A stretch of 64,000 bases of DNA. It comes from Malacoraja senta. Its lineage: Eukaryota. Position 1 is the first letter of the stretch. The number at the start of each line of letters is the position of its first letter. Shown one piece after another: positions 41,236 to 52,830 of this stretch. The DNA lies in NCBI GenBank assembly GCA_038087875.1, contig CM075988.1:13144001-13208000 (forward strand), given 5' to 3'. Under the pieces are notes generated by a model. The model made no database searches. It was not told where the DNA came from and saw only the letters and a program-made list of their open reading frames with translations. A program made the translations under genes and the position numbers.

Positions 41236-42489
41236 ATTATTTCTTAAATTCTTAAATAGTATTTACTTTGGCTACCTCAAGAAAGTAATTGGTTCTTGCT
41301 TGATACCCTTATTTTTCCAAAGTAGAATTGTTCTTCCTTGCTGACTATCTAGCTTCTCCACATAAATGCCTTTCTTCATCTGCAAAGCAGTTAGAGAAGA
41401 CATCCAAATAATGGGCCAATTTATCACATGAGCCATCGTATTCAAGTACATTGATTTCTCACAACTGATCACCAATGGGAAAGGCCTATATATTTCACCA
41501 AATAGGGTGTAAAAGGTAGTCACCGTCATGGAGAGATACAGCGTGAAAACAGACACTTTGACCCACCAAATCTGTGCCAACTTATATTATATTTTATCAT
41601 TATACCATGTTATATTACATTTAATGCACCAAACCAAATGTATTTTAAGCATGTAACTGTGATGTTAAATGTATGCACAAGGTGGCGCACTGGTAGAAAA
41701 GATAGGAACAGCATCTACAGTGCCAATAGGTATAACTATGATATGGCCTTGTACGGATCCAGAGCAGTTCCACATATGCAATATAAGAGGTTAGTTCACA
41801 ATCTGACCCCAGAATATAATACAGAAGGGTAGAGTGAAAATCAAGTAAACACTTTAATGCCTCTGTTTATCACCTTCACTATGATCTTCCTACGAATCTA
41901 AAATTCAGTTCGACCCTTTCTTGCATCTCTCCCTTTTTCTGTATCTCTCTGTCTCTGTCTCAGAAGGCTAACAATCTAGTGACATTTAATATAGTCCAAC
42001 TGACTCCCACAATGATCTTTACAGGACTTCCTCCCACATGGTCTCTTGTAAACATAGAAAATAGCAGGACGAGGCCATTTGGCCCTTCGAGCCAGCACCA
42101 CAGTGCTGTAAGTCCACCTTTCTTTCCCTTTCTCTCAGTGTCACTTTTTCTGTTGCACCTATTCTCAAGAAGAGACTTTCTTTTCCAGAACTTAGGCTCT
42201 GGTGAAGTTATTTTCATCATAGGTTTAAGGTAATAGGGGAAAGGCTTAATAGGAACCTGATAGGGTGGAGGGTGCATGGAATGAGCTGCCAGAGGAGGTA
42301 ATTGAGGCAGGTACTATTGCCTGCAGCATTTAAGAAACATTTAGACAGGTACATGGATAGGACAGGTTTAGTGGGATATGAACCAAACGCAGACAGGAGG
42401 GTCTAGTGTAGCTGGGACATATTGGCCAGTATGGGCAAGTTGGGCCAATGGGCCTGTTTCCACGCTGTGACCCTATGACTCTATAACAT

Positions 42490-43160
42490 CTCAAATGTCC
42501 TCCAGGGAATGTGATTTCTCCTCTGCTGTGGTCGATGGACCTCCCGTTCACATTTCCTCCATTTAATAAAGATACTATTCCCTTTCACCTTTCACCTTAC
42601 CACCAGCTGCGATGGGATCCTACCAGCAGTCACATCTTCCCCATCTCATCTCTTCCTGCTTTCCACAGGGACCATTCCCTCTGCCACTCACTAATTCACT
42701 TATCCATTCCCACCCACCTCTCCCTGTCCCCTGGCACTTTCCACTGCAACCGTAAGAGATGCTGCACTTGTTCCTACATCTCTGCCCTCACTACCATCCA
42801 GTGACCTAAACAATACTTCCAGGTCAGATGTAGATTCACAATCTCCTACAACTTTGTCTACTCAATTTGTATTCCTGATGTGACCTCCTCTACATCGGCA
42901 AGACCATAAGTAGGTCAAGCAGCTGCCTTGTGGAAGTGCCCTGTCCCTAATGGCTATTCTGACTTCCCAGTTGCCAGACCTTTCATCTCCCCTTCCTACT
43001 CACACTGACCAGTCTGTCCTAGGCCTTCTCATGACCATGGTGAGGCCTAATCCAGATTGGAAGAACAACACTTCAGATGTCATCTGGGTAATCTACAATT
43101 TAGTATGAACAATGAAAATGGATTCATACATGTGTTCATATCTCCAATTTCAGGTAATCC
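42490..43160 (+). mobile_element. Penelope-like element, GIY-YIG endonuclease fragment
   Basis: RWDPTSSHIFP...AFHRDHSL...GTFHCNRKRCCTC, then decayed LLYIGKT and LEEQH segments. Confidence 0.8.
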
Positions 43161-43254
43161 TGTGCTCCCTTTTCTCTCATTTTTGCCATTGTGTAAAAAA
43201 AGTTGCCCCTCATATTCCTATTAATTCGCCCTTCACTTTAAATCTACGTGCTAT

Positions 43255-45200
43255 AGGGAGGTTTCACGGCAGTCGGGTCACGACCCCATGACCCGTACTG
43301 TTGCTACGCTACGCCACGCCAAGTGGAGTACACGCGATGAACTGCAGGCAGGCACTTACCATTGTTTCCAGCGTTGCGGGCCCGTTAAAACCCGCCGAAA
43401 TGGTCCATTTTTGCGCTGTAAATAATTATGGAAATCGGGATAAGCGTGGGAGACATTTAGCCAACTTCAGAATTCAAAAAGTGAGGAGAAATGACGGTAG
43501 ATAGAAGCGAGAGCTGAAGGGACAACAACAGCTTGTCGAACATTGGCCGTTTGCTCACTGCATTTCATCAACTAAGGCATTATTTGTGTTTTTTCTTGAT
43601 TCCTTTGGCATCTAAAAAGTTTCAGAAGGGATAATCGCCCCTGGTTCTCGTGGGTTTTTACATACAAAAATAAAACGCCTCTGAAGCAAAATTTACAACC
43701 AGATGTACCACTTCTGAGACTTTTTAGATACCAAAGAAATAAAAGCAAAAACAAATAATGCCTTACCGTTAATGAAATGCAGCGAAAAAACGCGTTAAAT
43801 CCCTATATTTTAAATTCCGATATCTGCACAGCCAATATTCGCCAAGCACTTTAGCTGCTGTTGTCCCTTCAGCTCTCGCTTCTCTTTACCTTCATTTCGC
43901 TTCACTTTTCGAATTCTGAAGTTGGGTACATGTCTCTCACACTTACTAGGTATGTTACAAAACTTACCTTCAGTCGCGCTGTAATTCTGCCACTGGCCGT
44001 GTGCGCGATTTTGGCGCCTTTAAGGGGGGGGCGGGGTTAAAACGCGGGTTTCTCCCTTGTCCTGGAAATATTTTGTTGGAGTACAAAACTTCGCTGACAA
44101 AATCGTTCCTACCGGCGATTTGTGAATTTTAAAAAAAAATTAAATCGTCAATGTCAGCGCTAGAGTCATTTTAAAAGCAGCTCCTGAAGCGTCAACGCCG
44201 ATAACGGGGACGGATTTCACACAATGGACAGGTAAACAAAAGTGCTTTCTTTAAATGTATAAAAGTGCTTCTTAAGAAGCCTTTAATTCACATTTTGTCA
44301 TGCGACACGGTGATTTTATTCCCCGAATTAACGGCAGTATTTTTCATGCCAATACGGGGTTAAATTCACCGCAAATGAACGTTCCAAAAGATCGCGTTCC
44401 AGTAATTCTCACTCGCAAGATGAATTAAATCCCCATTAATTTACAGGTATTAAACATTCAATTCCTTCCATTTGGCCTGTAAATTCATGAAAATTAGATT
44501 TAAAAATTATGTTATATTGTGAATTATTGTGTGAATGTTATTTGGACACTTAGGCTATTTAAAAATGTTAATCTATTCTTAAGAAATTGATAGATGTTTA
44601 GATCTAGTAATTGAATTTTGTAATTAGCTACAATTAGGTAACTAACTAATTATATGCTTTACTTTCATGTCTTCGAAGTAAGATTGTTTCATATTTGTTT
44701 CAGAATGCTTCAATCTATAATACCTGAAAATTTCTTTCAGTTACCATAATTTTTAAGAAAGTTATGGGCTTTTAACTGTCCTCGATCACAGCTTTTGTGT
44801 TAAGTCAATGGAAAAGCAATAGGGAACTAGATGCTAATTTCTGAGTATGATAATGGCCATAACTTTTTTAATACTGAAGATATGAAAGTGAATTAAGTGT
44901 CAAATTAAACTTCTTTTTATGCTTTATCTGATGGGATAAATTGCAGACTTTATTTTTTAAATCTCAAAATTTTGTAACATTGCTACACTTACCCCGTCTT
45001 CCACAATTTTTTACAGCGAAAAAAGTCAACATTTTGGCGGTTTTTAACAGGTAGGAATGTACGCGTTTCTTGTATTAATAACATATACTGGAAGTGACGG
45101 ATGTCCTCCAGATGGATTGAGCGGCTCCGAGCGTCAAGCCCTATGACCCGGTGACCCAGCGTCAAGCCCTATGACCCGGTGACCTTACGTGCAACCCCCT
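43255..45200. mobile_element. ISL2EU-like (PIF/Harbinger-related) non-autonomous transposon with two inverted THAP exon remnants
   Basis: Termini AGGGAGGTTTCACG / CGTGCAACCCCCT, AT dinucleotide flanks, subterminal atgacccg repeats. THAP remnants at ~43405-43600 (+) and ~43745-43945 (-). Confidence 0.7.
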
Positions 45201-45248
45201 ATAGGTTCAACAAGGGCGGGAAAAAACATTTTCCAGTGGTGCCCACTG

Positions 45249-45490
45249 CAGGAAGTGAGAGTTAAACTTTATCGAAATGCTTCAATGGGTGAAAGAAACT
45301 CATTTGAAGTAAGACAACCTTGCTGCAGCGAATTAGAAAAGGCACTGAAGTCACTCTGACGGCGTATTGACTGGGGCAGTTGTTTTAGATGCTGTGACAT
45401 TGTTTTTGATTCAGTTCTCTTCAACAAAGGCAGAGATATTAATCTAGGGAAAGTGAAAACTTCCTTCGGCTCGAACGTAACTTCCTCCGC
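45249..45490 (+). promoter_or_regulatory. Putative haematopoietic promoter motifs of gene A (ETS, IRF/ISRE-like, PU.1-like)
   Basis: CAGGAAGTG at 45249, GGAAAGTGAAA at 45448, and GAGGAAGTT on the minus strand at 45479-45487, 160-400 bp upstream of the leader ATG. Motif match only. Confidence 0.4.
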
Positions 45491-45645
45491 TCAGTACACC
45501 CTCTGGCATTTCACAGTCTGTGCTATTCTCCGTCTGAGATGCGAGTTCACAGCGGACGGATCATCCTCACTTGACATTTGCACGATTGGAGCTGGCCGCG
45601 GACGGAGAGTTTAACACTTCCAGGGACGGTCAGAACCAGGCAAAG

Positions 45646-45694
45646 ATGCAACTCCTCCTGAAGCTGCTTTTCCTCCTGCATGCAGGAACACAAG
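45646..45694 (+). CDS. Ig receptor gene A exon 1, signal peptide (MQLLLKLLFLLHAGTQ|G)
   Basis: ATG at 45646 opens 16 hydrophobic codons plus 1 nt, ending AAG|GCAAGT (GC donor, phase 1). It joins in frame to the phase-1 V exon at 46440, giving AGTQG-VPLIT. A homologous sequence lies upstream of the gene B V exon. Confidence 0.75.
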
Positions 45695-46439
45695 GCAAGT
45701 TATGTTGATCGGACAATCTGTGGACCAAAGAGCCGTGATGGGGATCATCATTATGTGGCATGTTGCATCGATAGGTAGTTCAGGAGCGAGTCCGTTATTA
45801 AAACAGCAAGTCGATGAATATTTCTGCTCAAAGGCCGAGAAACCCTTCAAAAGATTTAGTCTCCATTTAATCTATATTTTTAATGTTGGAATACAAGTTT
45901 TGCGTCTTCATTGCCTGCGATTGCCTGCAATGATTCAATTAGTTAAAACATTTGAGATATAATTCGGTCACTACAACTCCATCAGAGAGCACAAAGCAAG
46001 AATCTTACGAAGGTGTAGAAACGAGGAACAGCAGATTCTGGTTTGCAAGAGAAGACACAGAGGGCTGGAGCAACTCAGCGGGTCAGGCAGCATCCTTGGA
46101 GAACAGGAATAGGTGGCCTTTCGGGTCGGGACCCTTTTGCAGACTTTGAAAAGTCATCTCATCCATGTGCTCCAGAGATGCTTCCTGACCCGCCGAGTTA
46201 CTCCAGCCCTTTGTGTCTTTTCTAGCGTCCAAAGATCACGGTGCCACCAGCCACCGAATCTGATGAGAGAAGGCATTTGCAACCATCATGGAAGCGAGAA
46301 TCGTTTGAAAACGTCAGATTTGAATACGTTTCTTTTAAATATTGTTTCCGTTAGAAAACCCCTTGTTCGGTGTGTAAAGTGGATGTTTATTGAATTACTA
46401 ACGGGAGTATAATTGACAAATGTGTTTATTTTCCACCAG

Positions 46440-46787
46440 GAGTTCCGCTAATCACAAATTTGACCCAGCCACGTCTGGTCAAGGTGTGGAGAGGCGAGTC
46501 CGTCACGTTAAACTGTACATTTACTTATAATAGAAGTGTGAATGCCTGGTTCCGCATTTCATGGCTTCGGACATCACCTGGAGAGCCTGGTGTTACTTAC
46601 AACACGAACAACTCGCTCTGCATTCCTCACCCCCTCTGGGATGGTTTCAAAATCTGTACGGTATCACTGAAGATTGAAAATGTATCGGTTGTTCACTCTG
46701 ATTACAACTACATTTGTGCGGTGAATGTACCAAGTGTCTTCCCTCCAATTCATAAAATGGGCCAAGGAACACGAATACAGGTTTATG
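46440..46787 (+). CDS. Ig receptor gene A exon 2, VJ-type V-set Ig domain
   Basis: Acceptor ttttccaccag, donor G|gtaaag, 348 nt, phase 1-1, open. Motifs: TLNC (B strand), SWLR (C strand), SLKIENV (E), YNYICAV (F), GQGTRIQV (J-like G). Extra Cys pair (LCIP, ICTV). Confidence 0.92.
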
Positions 46788-47695
46788 GTAAAGTATTTGT
46801 AATACTATGATGATCTCCAGTCTCTGCACTTTATGTTTATGAAATCGATAATGTTAAACGCAGTGACATTTGAACCAAGCCATTTACAGATACTTTAACA
46901 GAAATAATAGCAAGCTGACCCAATTAGAAATAAGATGAAATGAACACATTTTGTTTCAACCTAAATGAATAAGGCATACTTAAGACGACACAAAGGGCTG
47001 GAGCAATTCAATGGGTCAGGCAGCATCCCTGGAGAACATGGATAGGTGACATATCGGGTCTAGATCTTCTTCAGACCATGTTCCCCTGAGATGCGGACTG
47101 ACCCGCTGAGTTACTCCAGCACTCTGTGTTCTTTTGTAAACCAAAATCTGCAGTTCCGTGTTTCACAGAGGTACTTCAAGGTTGGTGTTTCCAGCTTTTT
47201 TTTGTAAAACACGGCTTGTGATGTCTCATTTGATCTTAAATCGTATATGAAAACCAACAGTGACAATATTGCTCACCAACAGTGACAATATTGAGAAAAG
47301 AGCAGAGCAGGGTGCTGAGGGGTTGGTCTCCTTGGTTTGCAACAACTAAGTCTGAGGAGCAATTAAATTGCAGTGCATTAAATTATGTGAGGTCTCAACA
47401 CACAAACCAGAAAGGAGTTGGATCTCGTTGCCTGGAGTAACTTGGAAGCATAGATGTACAGTATGATAGCTGGTAGAAGAATTGGGTTGATGTTGTGAAC
47501 AAACAAATTCACTCAATCAGTGGCAGTGACTGGAACTCATCACCTGAATGGGTAAAAGAAGTAGAAATCTTCACCAAATTTCATGTACCCGAATGAGCAC
47601 TTGAAGTGCATCACCTGCAGGGCTTTGAACTAGAGAAGTGAGAGTAAGTTAAAAGTATGTTTAAGAGCAGCATGTATTCAATAGATCTCCTACAC

Positions 47696-47905
47696 CAGGC
47701 GTTCCCAACCTTTTTCGTCCTGTTTACCCCTGGCAACTTTAATAGCACATATCAATGTTATTTCACTTATTTATGAACAACTAATGATGAACAGATAATG
47801 ATGCCAGAAACAAACACAGTCAGTCAATGAAAAAACATATGTACAAATCCAGAATCAACAAATTTACCCCCTGGGGGTAAATTTATCCCAGGTTGGGAAC
47901 TCTTG
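47696..47905. mobile_element. hAT (Charlie-like) MITE in intron 2 of gene A
   Basis: TIR CAGGCGTTCCCAACCT / AGGTTGGGAACTCTTG, 8-bp TSD TCCTACAC. Confidence 0.88.
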
Positions 47906-48285
47906 TCCTACACCATAAATTTCTACAATGATTATCATTAACGCAAGCTACCACTAATGTCTCACTGAAATGTTTTACTGTGCATTACTGTGCATTACGA
48001 GTATTGTCAATACTAACCAAAAGACTACAGCATGTGAGTCTGTGTGATATACATAATCTCATTTAGCCAGGACCATGGAGTAATATTATAATGGTCCAGC
48101 ATTATTTGATCCTTGATGCTTCTCAGCTAAAGAAGGGCTCTATTATTATGATTCTACATCATTAACTTAAAATATTCTCTATGAAAATAGAGCAGAATTT
48201 TGGACAATTTACTCTGTCAGTAAGTTTCACTATCATTGAAATGTGTGATATATAGTTTAATACTTTATGCTTTATCTTCTCTCAG

Positions 48286-48576
48286 ATCTTCCAGAAATGT
48301 ATATACGGAGTGATACTTTGGTTGCTGGTCATGAATCCACTCTAATCTGCTCTGGCAGGAGATTGTACGGCAAGGATATCTCCTTTACATGGACATGCAT
48401 TTCTACAAATATCACTGCACCAACTTTTGAAACAGTCAGGAATGGCACACTAGTTGCCACCAGTCATTACAAGATTGTCCCAAGAGTGGAAGACAATGGG
48501 ACTGTTTGCAGTTGTCAGATAAATCATTCCACTTTTGGACGACCAGCTGTAAATACAATCAAACTAAATATTATGT
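48286..48576 (+). CDS. Ig receptor gene A exon 3, C2/CD80-like Ig domain
   Basis: Acceptor cttctctcag, donor T|gtaagt, 291 nt, phase 1-1, open. LVAGHESTLIC...FTW...TSHYKIVPRVEDNGTVCSCQINH...KLNIM resembles domain 2 of Siglec/nectin-type receptors. Confidence 0.9.
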
Positions 48577-50472
48577 GTAAGTATCATCTTTGACTTTTGA
48601 AGTGGTATTCACTGTATTGCTAATCTTTGAATTCTTATTGTATGCACATTATTGTGTTATAACTGATATGTACTGTATATCACCATCTATACCAGTGTAA
48701 CAGAATATCTTCTGCATCTGCTTTACCTGCTCATTGACCCATTCATTCCATCAGTTTTATCACTTACATTTTCTCTCATTTATATTGTTCTTGGTTTCTT
48801 CTATTTTGCCTTTCTCTCTTGTCCTGTTACTCAGACCCAAAGTTTCACCTTTCTCTACTGCTTTCAATCAATCTGCCCCAAATACTCTATCTTCTTACTA
48901 TGATGATTCTTTCCCAGATTTGAATCATTCTCAGATAAGTTTGTAGCCTCCTTATAGATATCTCTTGGTAATCCTGTGTGTGTCTCCCCATCTCCACTAA
49001 GGCAATCTTTGATGTACATCTGATGTTGATGCCTCCATTTATGGTGTCCTTGAGACCTCGTATGGTGTCCTTGAGACCTCGGTATAAGGCGCCCGTAAAT
49101 AAAATCCATTATTATTATTATTATTATTATTTAAGCAGTAAGCCCATCCTCTTTTCTTCCCACCCAACTAAAGGCTAATCCTGCTCAACTCAAACCCACT
49201 AAAGGCTAATCCTTCTAACCTTCTCAGTCAGAGTTTGCCACACTTACAGGGTGGATCAATATTCATCATCCCTCTCCTTTTCACATTCATATTCTGTTCT
49301 ATTCATTTTAGAATTGGACTTTTGCCATCTAAGCCCTCATTGTGCGTGTGTGCATTGATAAAAGTATTTCAAGTATAACTAATTGCTCCTTCTCCAAACT
49401 TCTTGGCCAAGGACTCACAGAGGTTCTATGTTCACTTTCACCAAAACTCACTTTCTTCTGTCCTTATCCATCTCCTGCAACACTTCACCCTTTTGCATCT
49501 CCTTCATATCTCTCCATTAAATTCTCTTTCTCTATCAAAAAAAGTTGATTCTTCTCTCCCAGCTTTTGCAATGGTATCTTCTTCTCTCTATTTTAAATGC
49601 CCATCTTATGTAGCTGTGGTATCTTCTTGTAGCAATGGTATCTTCTTCTCTCTATTTTAAATGCCCGTCTTATGTAGCTGTCTTAACCCTTACGTGTTTG
49701 AGTTCATAGCCCTCTGTCCTGCATTAACTTTGTTTAACTCCTCTATTCATGGCCACACCAACAATATTCCCTTTTCATGTGTGGGAAGAAACGGCAGATG
49801 TAGATTTAAACTGAAGATAGACACAAAATGCTGAAGTAACTCAGCGGGAGAAGGGTCTCAACCCAAAAAGTCACCCATTCCTTCTCTCCAGAGATGCTGC
49901 CTGTCCCGCTGAGTTACTCTAGCATTTTGTGTCTACCTTCCCTTCACAGGGGGCCCTACTACTCTCACCATATGCAGGGGTATCTGTGATCATTTGTGGT
50001 AACCAAAGAAATCACTTACAACCGCAAAACCACCTGTGTTCCGACAGGTGAAGAAAATCACTTAAGAATTATATTAGTGGCTTCACTCTTCAAACTGTTA
50101 ACATTTGGAACTCCATTTGCCACGTTTACCAAACACTTCATCTCTCTACTACCAGCTGTATAACCCTCGAACAATTCTACATTTCTCCAGTCGTAATGTC
50201 GAACTTTCATCATGCAAATGGTTCATTAAGCTCTACCATTCATTCCCCTTTCCTCTCCGCATCAATCCCTCACTCTCCACAGACAAGAACAAGCTTAGCT
50301 TTTTGTTACGTATTCGATTCTTTCCAACTTGGCTTCAGTAGCAAACCCTTGAGAATGATTAGCTCAGAAGTGCAAAGTTTGATTGTAAATAGCTGTTCTG
50401 TGTATACTTGCACATTAATTCTTTTCACATTGCTTTAATCTACAATGAAGTGTACGTTATCTTTACCGTTAG

Positions 50473-50790
50473 ATGGACCACAAGATCTATTAATAACATA
50501 CAGGTTGAAAGCAGTGGATACTTATCGACTGATCGATGATAGCATCATCTTTGTTGCTGCTGATTCATTCCTGGAACTGAATTGTCGTGTAGATAGTAAT
50601 CCGGTCTCCACTGTAAGCTGGACCAAGGCCATGGAGATTCATAATGTAACGTTTCAAACTGGAGTCGGGTTCAACAGTTCAAAAGAATGGACACGTTTCC
50701 AGCATAAAGATGAAGGAATGTATTGGTGCATGGCAAAAAACGGCTACGGCTGGAGAAACAGAAGTATCTCGATAAACACAAAACGGAAAG
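50473..50790 (+). CDS. Ig receptor gene A exon 4, I/C2-set Ig domain
   Basis: Acceptor ctttaccgttag, donor G|gtaaat, 318 nt, phase 1-1, open. YGPQ...LELNCRVDSNPVSTVSW...DEGMYWCMAKNGYG is a typical I-set pattern. Confidence 0.9.
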
Positions 50791-51193
50791 GTAAATAGAC
50801 ATGTAATTATACATGTGCATAGCTAACAATGTTTATTGAGGTAGAATCATTCTTAGCAAATAAGACCTCAGCTTAATTAGTTCAATGTCTTTTTTCTTGA
50901 TCTTAGTGATTGATCAATTGTAATATTTTATTCATTTTACAAATCATATATAGTAAAGACTCTTTAGTGCTGTCATTTTCAAACACTTTGATTTTATAGT
51001 TTTTCCATTGTAGATAAAAAAAATTAAACATGAGAGTGCTGCAGTTTTGTTTATAACTGGCAGTGTATCTCTTTGAAAGAAATATGTACCCTGCTGTCAA
51101 ATAAAGTTAAACGATTGCTGCGTATTTTTTTATAATTTTTATTTTCTTGTTGAAACATTAAATTTAGTTGACATCTTGAATTTTCTTTCACAG

Positions 51194-51292
51194 ATTATCC
51201 TTTTCTTTATGCTCTGGTCCTGGTCCCCCTAACTACTGCCATCATTTTGGCAATAATATATTTTTGCCTGTTCTGAAATAGGCAACGGAAAG
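51194..51292 (+). CDS. Ig receptor gene A exon 5, transmembrane exon with in-frame TGA at 51274-51276
   Basis: Acceptor ttttctttcacag, donor G|gtaaaa, 99 nt, phase 1-1. Translates DYPFLYALVLVPLTTAIILAIIYFCLF*NRQRK. The spliced CDS from 45646 to the stop is 1089 nt (362 aa). Confidence 0.85.
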
Positions 51293-52249
51293 GTAAAACT
51301 TAAAATAAATCGTTGGTTGTAGGTGTTAACCTTAAATTGACAACAATAACCAGCTGAAAAAGAATGTGGTTTTCAATCAATCGTGATATTACACAATCCG
51401 TTTTGATATCCTGTGTGTTGATTGTGGGTTATTTGATTCCTTGAGGAACGGCTGCAAAACAGCAGCCGTCCGTTAATTGTACTTTTTACCAAGTTTTTTA
51501 GTTTTCTTTAAGTCTTTGTTTTTATTTATTTTGCCTTTTGATGTGGGGGGATCAAGGAGAAATCACTTCCCGGTCCCTACCTGGTCGGTGAGGCAGCCTT
51601 CTCTCCGGCTGCCCAGTCGACCCGTCCTCGCGGCCTACCAGCGGGTGTGGAGTGGCGTGGAGCGGCGTTTCCTGGCGGGGGCCGCACAGCACCCTCGGCT
51701 TCGGTGGCGGCACGGCGCTGGAGCACTATTGTGCAGCGGAGCGGGCGATGCCTTGCCTGGGTCGCCGCGCTGGACCGACGCGCTGGAGCTCTGGTGAGCT
51801 GGATCGCCGAGCTCAACACCTCCGGGCTGCGGGACTGTGGAGCGGGCGGCGGCGCCGACTCCAACATCGGGAGCCTCGTGGCTCCAAATCGGCGCGGCCT
51901 TGTCGGCTTCAGGTGCTGCGGACGCCTGCGGGAAATCGGCCGTTCCAGCCGTAGTTACGGCCTCCGGTGTGGGATGCGGCCGTTCCAGGTGGCCCAGCTG
52001 CTGGAGGACTCTCCCGACGCCGGGGCTACATCACCCGGCGAGAACGGCCAGGATCATCGGGCCTCCGTAGAGGCAATAGCGGGGGCTTCATTTGGCCTGA
52101 CTTTTTTGGGGTGAACTGGGGCTGGGGACTGGACATTGTGCCTTCCCCCACAGTGGAAATCACTGTGGGGGGATGATTTTTGTATGTAATTGTTTGTAAT
52201 TGTATTTGTTAGTCTGTGTTCAAGATGGCGGTCGGAGGGGAAAGTGGAC

Positions 52250-52475
52250 GCTGGCGCGGTTTTCGTTGCCGCTGCTCTCTCCTCAAATTGTGCTTCTGAT
52301 TTTCTTTTTTTTGTCTTTTTGGAAGGAATTCTGTCCCTGATTTGTGTATTGGTCTTTATAACTTATTTTTTAAATTCTGATTATATGTTTCCTATAAATC
52401 TCTGTAAGGTGTCCTTGAGACCTCGGTATAAGGCGCCCGTAAATAAAATTCATTATTATTATTATTATTATTATT
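52250..52475 (+). mobile_element. L2-like 3' tail (also at 49045-49130 and inverted at ~35055-35275)
   Basis: gtaaggtgtccttgagacctcggtataaggcgcccgtaaataaaat(tat)n is repeated at the three sites. Confidence 0.6.
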
Positions 52476-52544
52476 TCCATGGCCAAGATCATGAAAGATC
52501 TTGTTCAATATTTTCCAGCAATGCCCTGATCTAAAAAATGAATT

Positions 52545-52830
52545 TAGTTTAGTTTAGAGATACAGCATGGAAACAGGCCCTTCAGCCCATCGAGACAGCA
52601 CTGGAGAACGATCACCCTTATGCTAGTTCTATGTTATCCCACTTTCGCATCCTAACACTGGGGGGGGAAATTACAGTGGCCAATTAACCTACGTCTTTGG
52701 AATGTGGGAAGAAACCAGAGCACCAGGAGAAAACCCATGCGGTCAGAGGATGAATGTAAACATTCCACACAGATAGCACCCTCGGGTCTCTGGTGCAGCA
52801 AGGCTGTAATTCTATTCCTGTGCCACTGTG
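52545..52830 (-). mobile_element. Elasmobranch-type SINE with CR1-like tail
   Basis: (tttag)n tail, agagatacagcatggaaacaggcccttc, and a gggaagaaaccagagcac core. Confidence 0.6.

Noticed and set aside
46440-46810. Rearranging Ig/TCR V gene segments
   Set aside because: The J-like GQGT strand is encoded in the same exon and followed directly by a GT donor. No heptamer/nonamer RSS follows either V exon.
45646-51292. Calling gene A a Siglec, NKp30 or CD28 orthologue
   Set aside because: Domains 2-3 look Siglec-like, but the V domain has the canonical B-F disulfide and lacks the F-strand Arg. NKp30 and CD28 have a single domain. No symbol can be supported without a phylogeny.
51477-52176. Overlapping 70-155 aa ORFs downstream of the TM exon as a cytoplasmic tail
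   Set aside because: They fall in a GC-rich repeat related to other copies, with no domain signature or convincing phase-1 acceptor.
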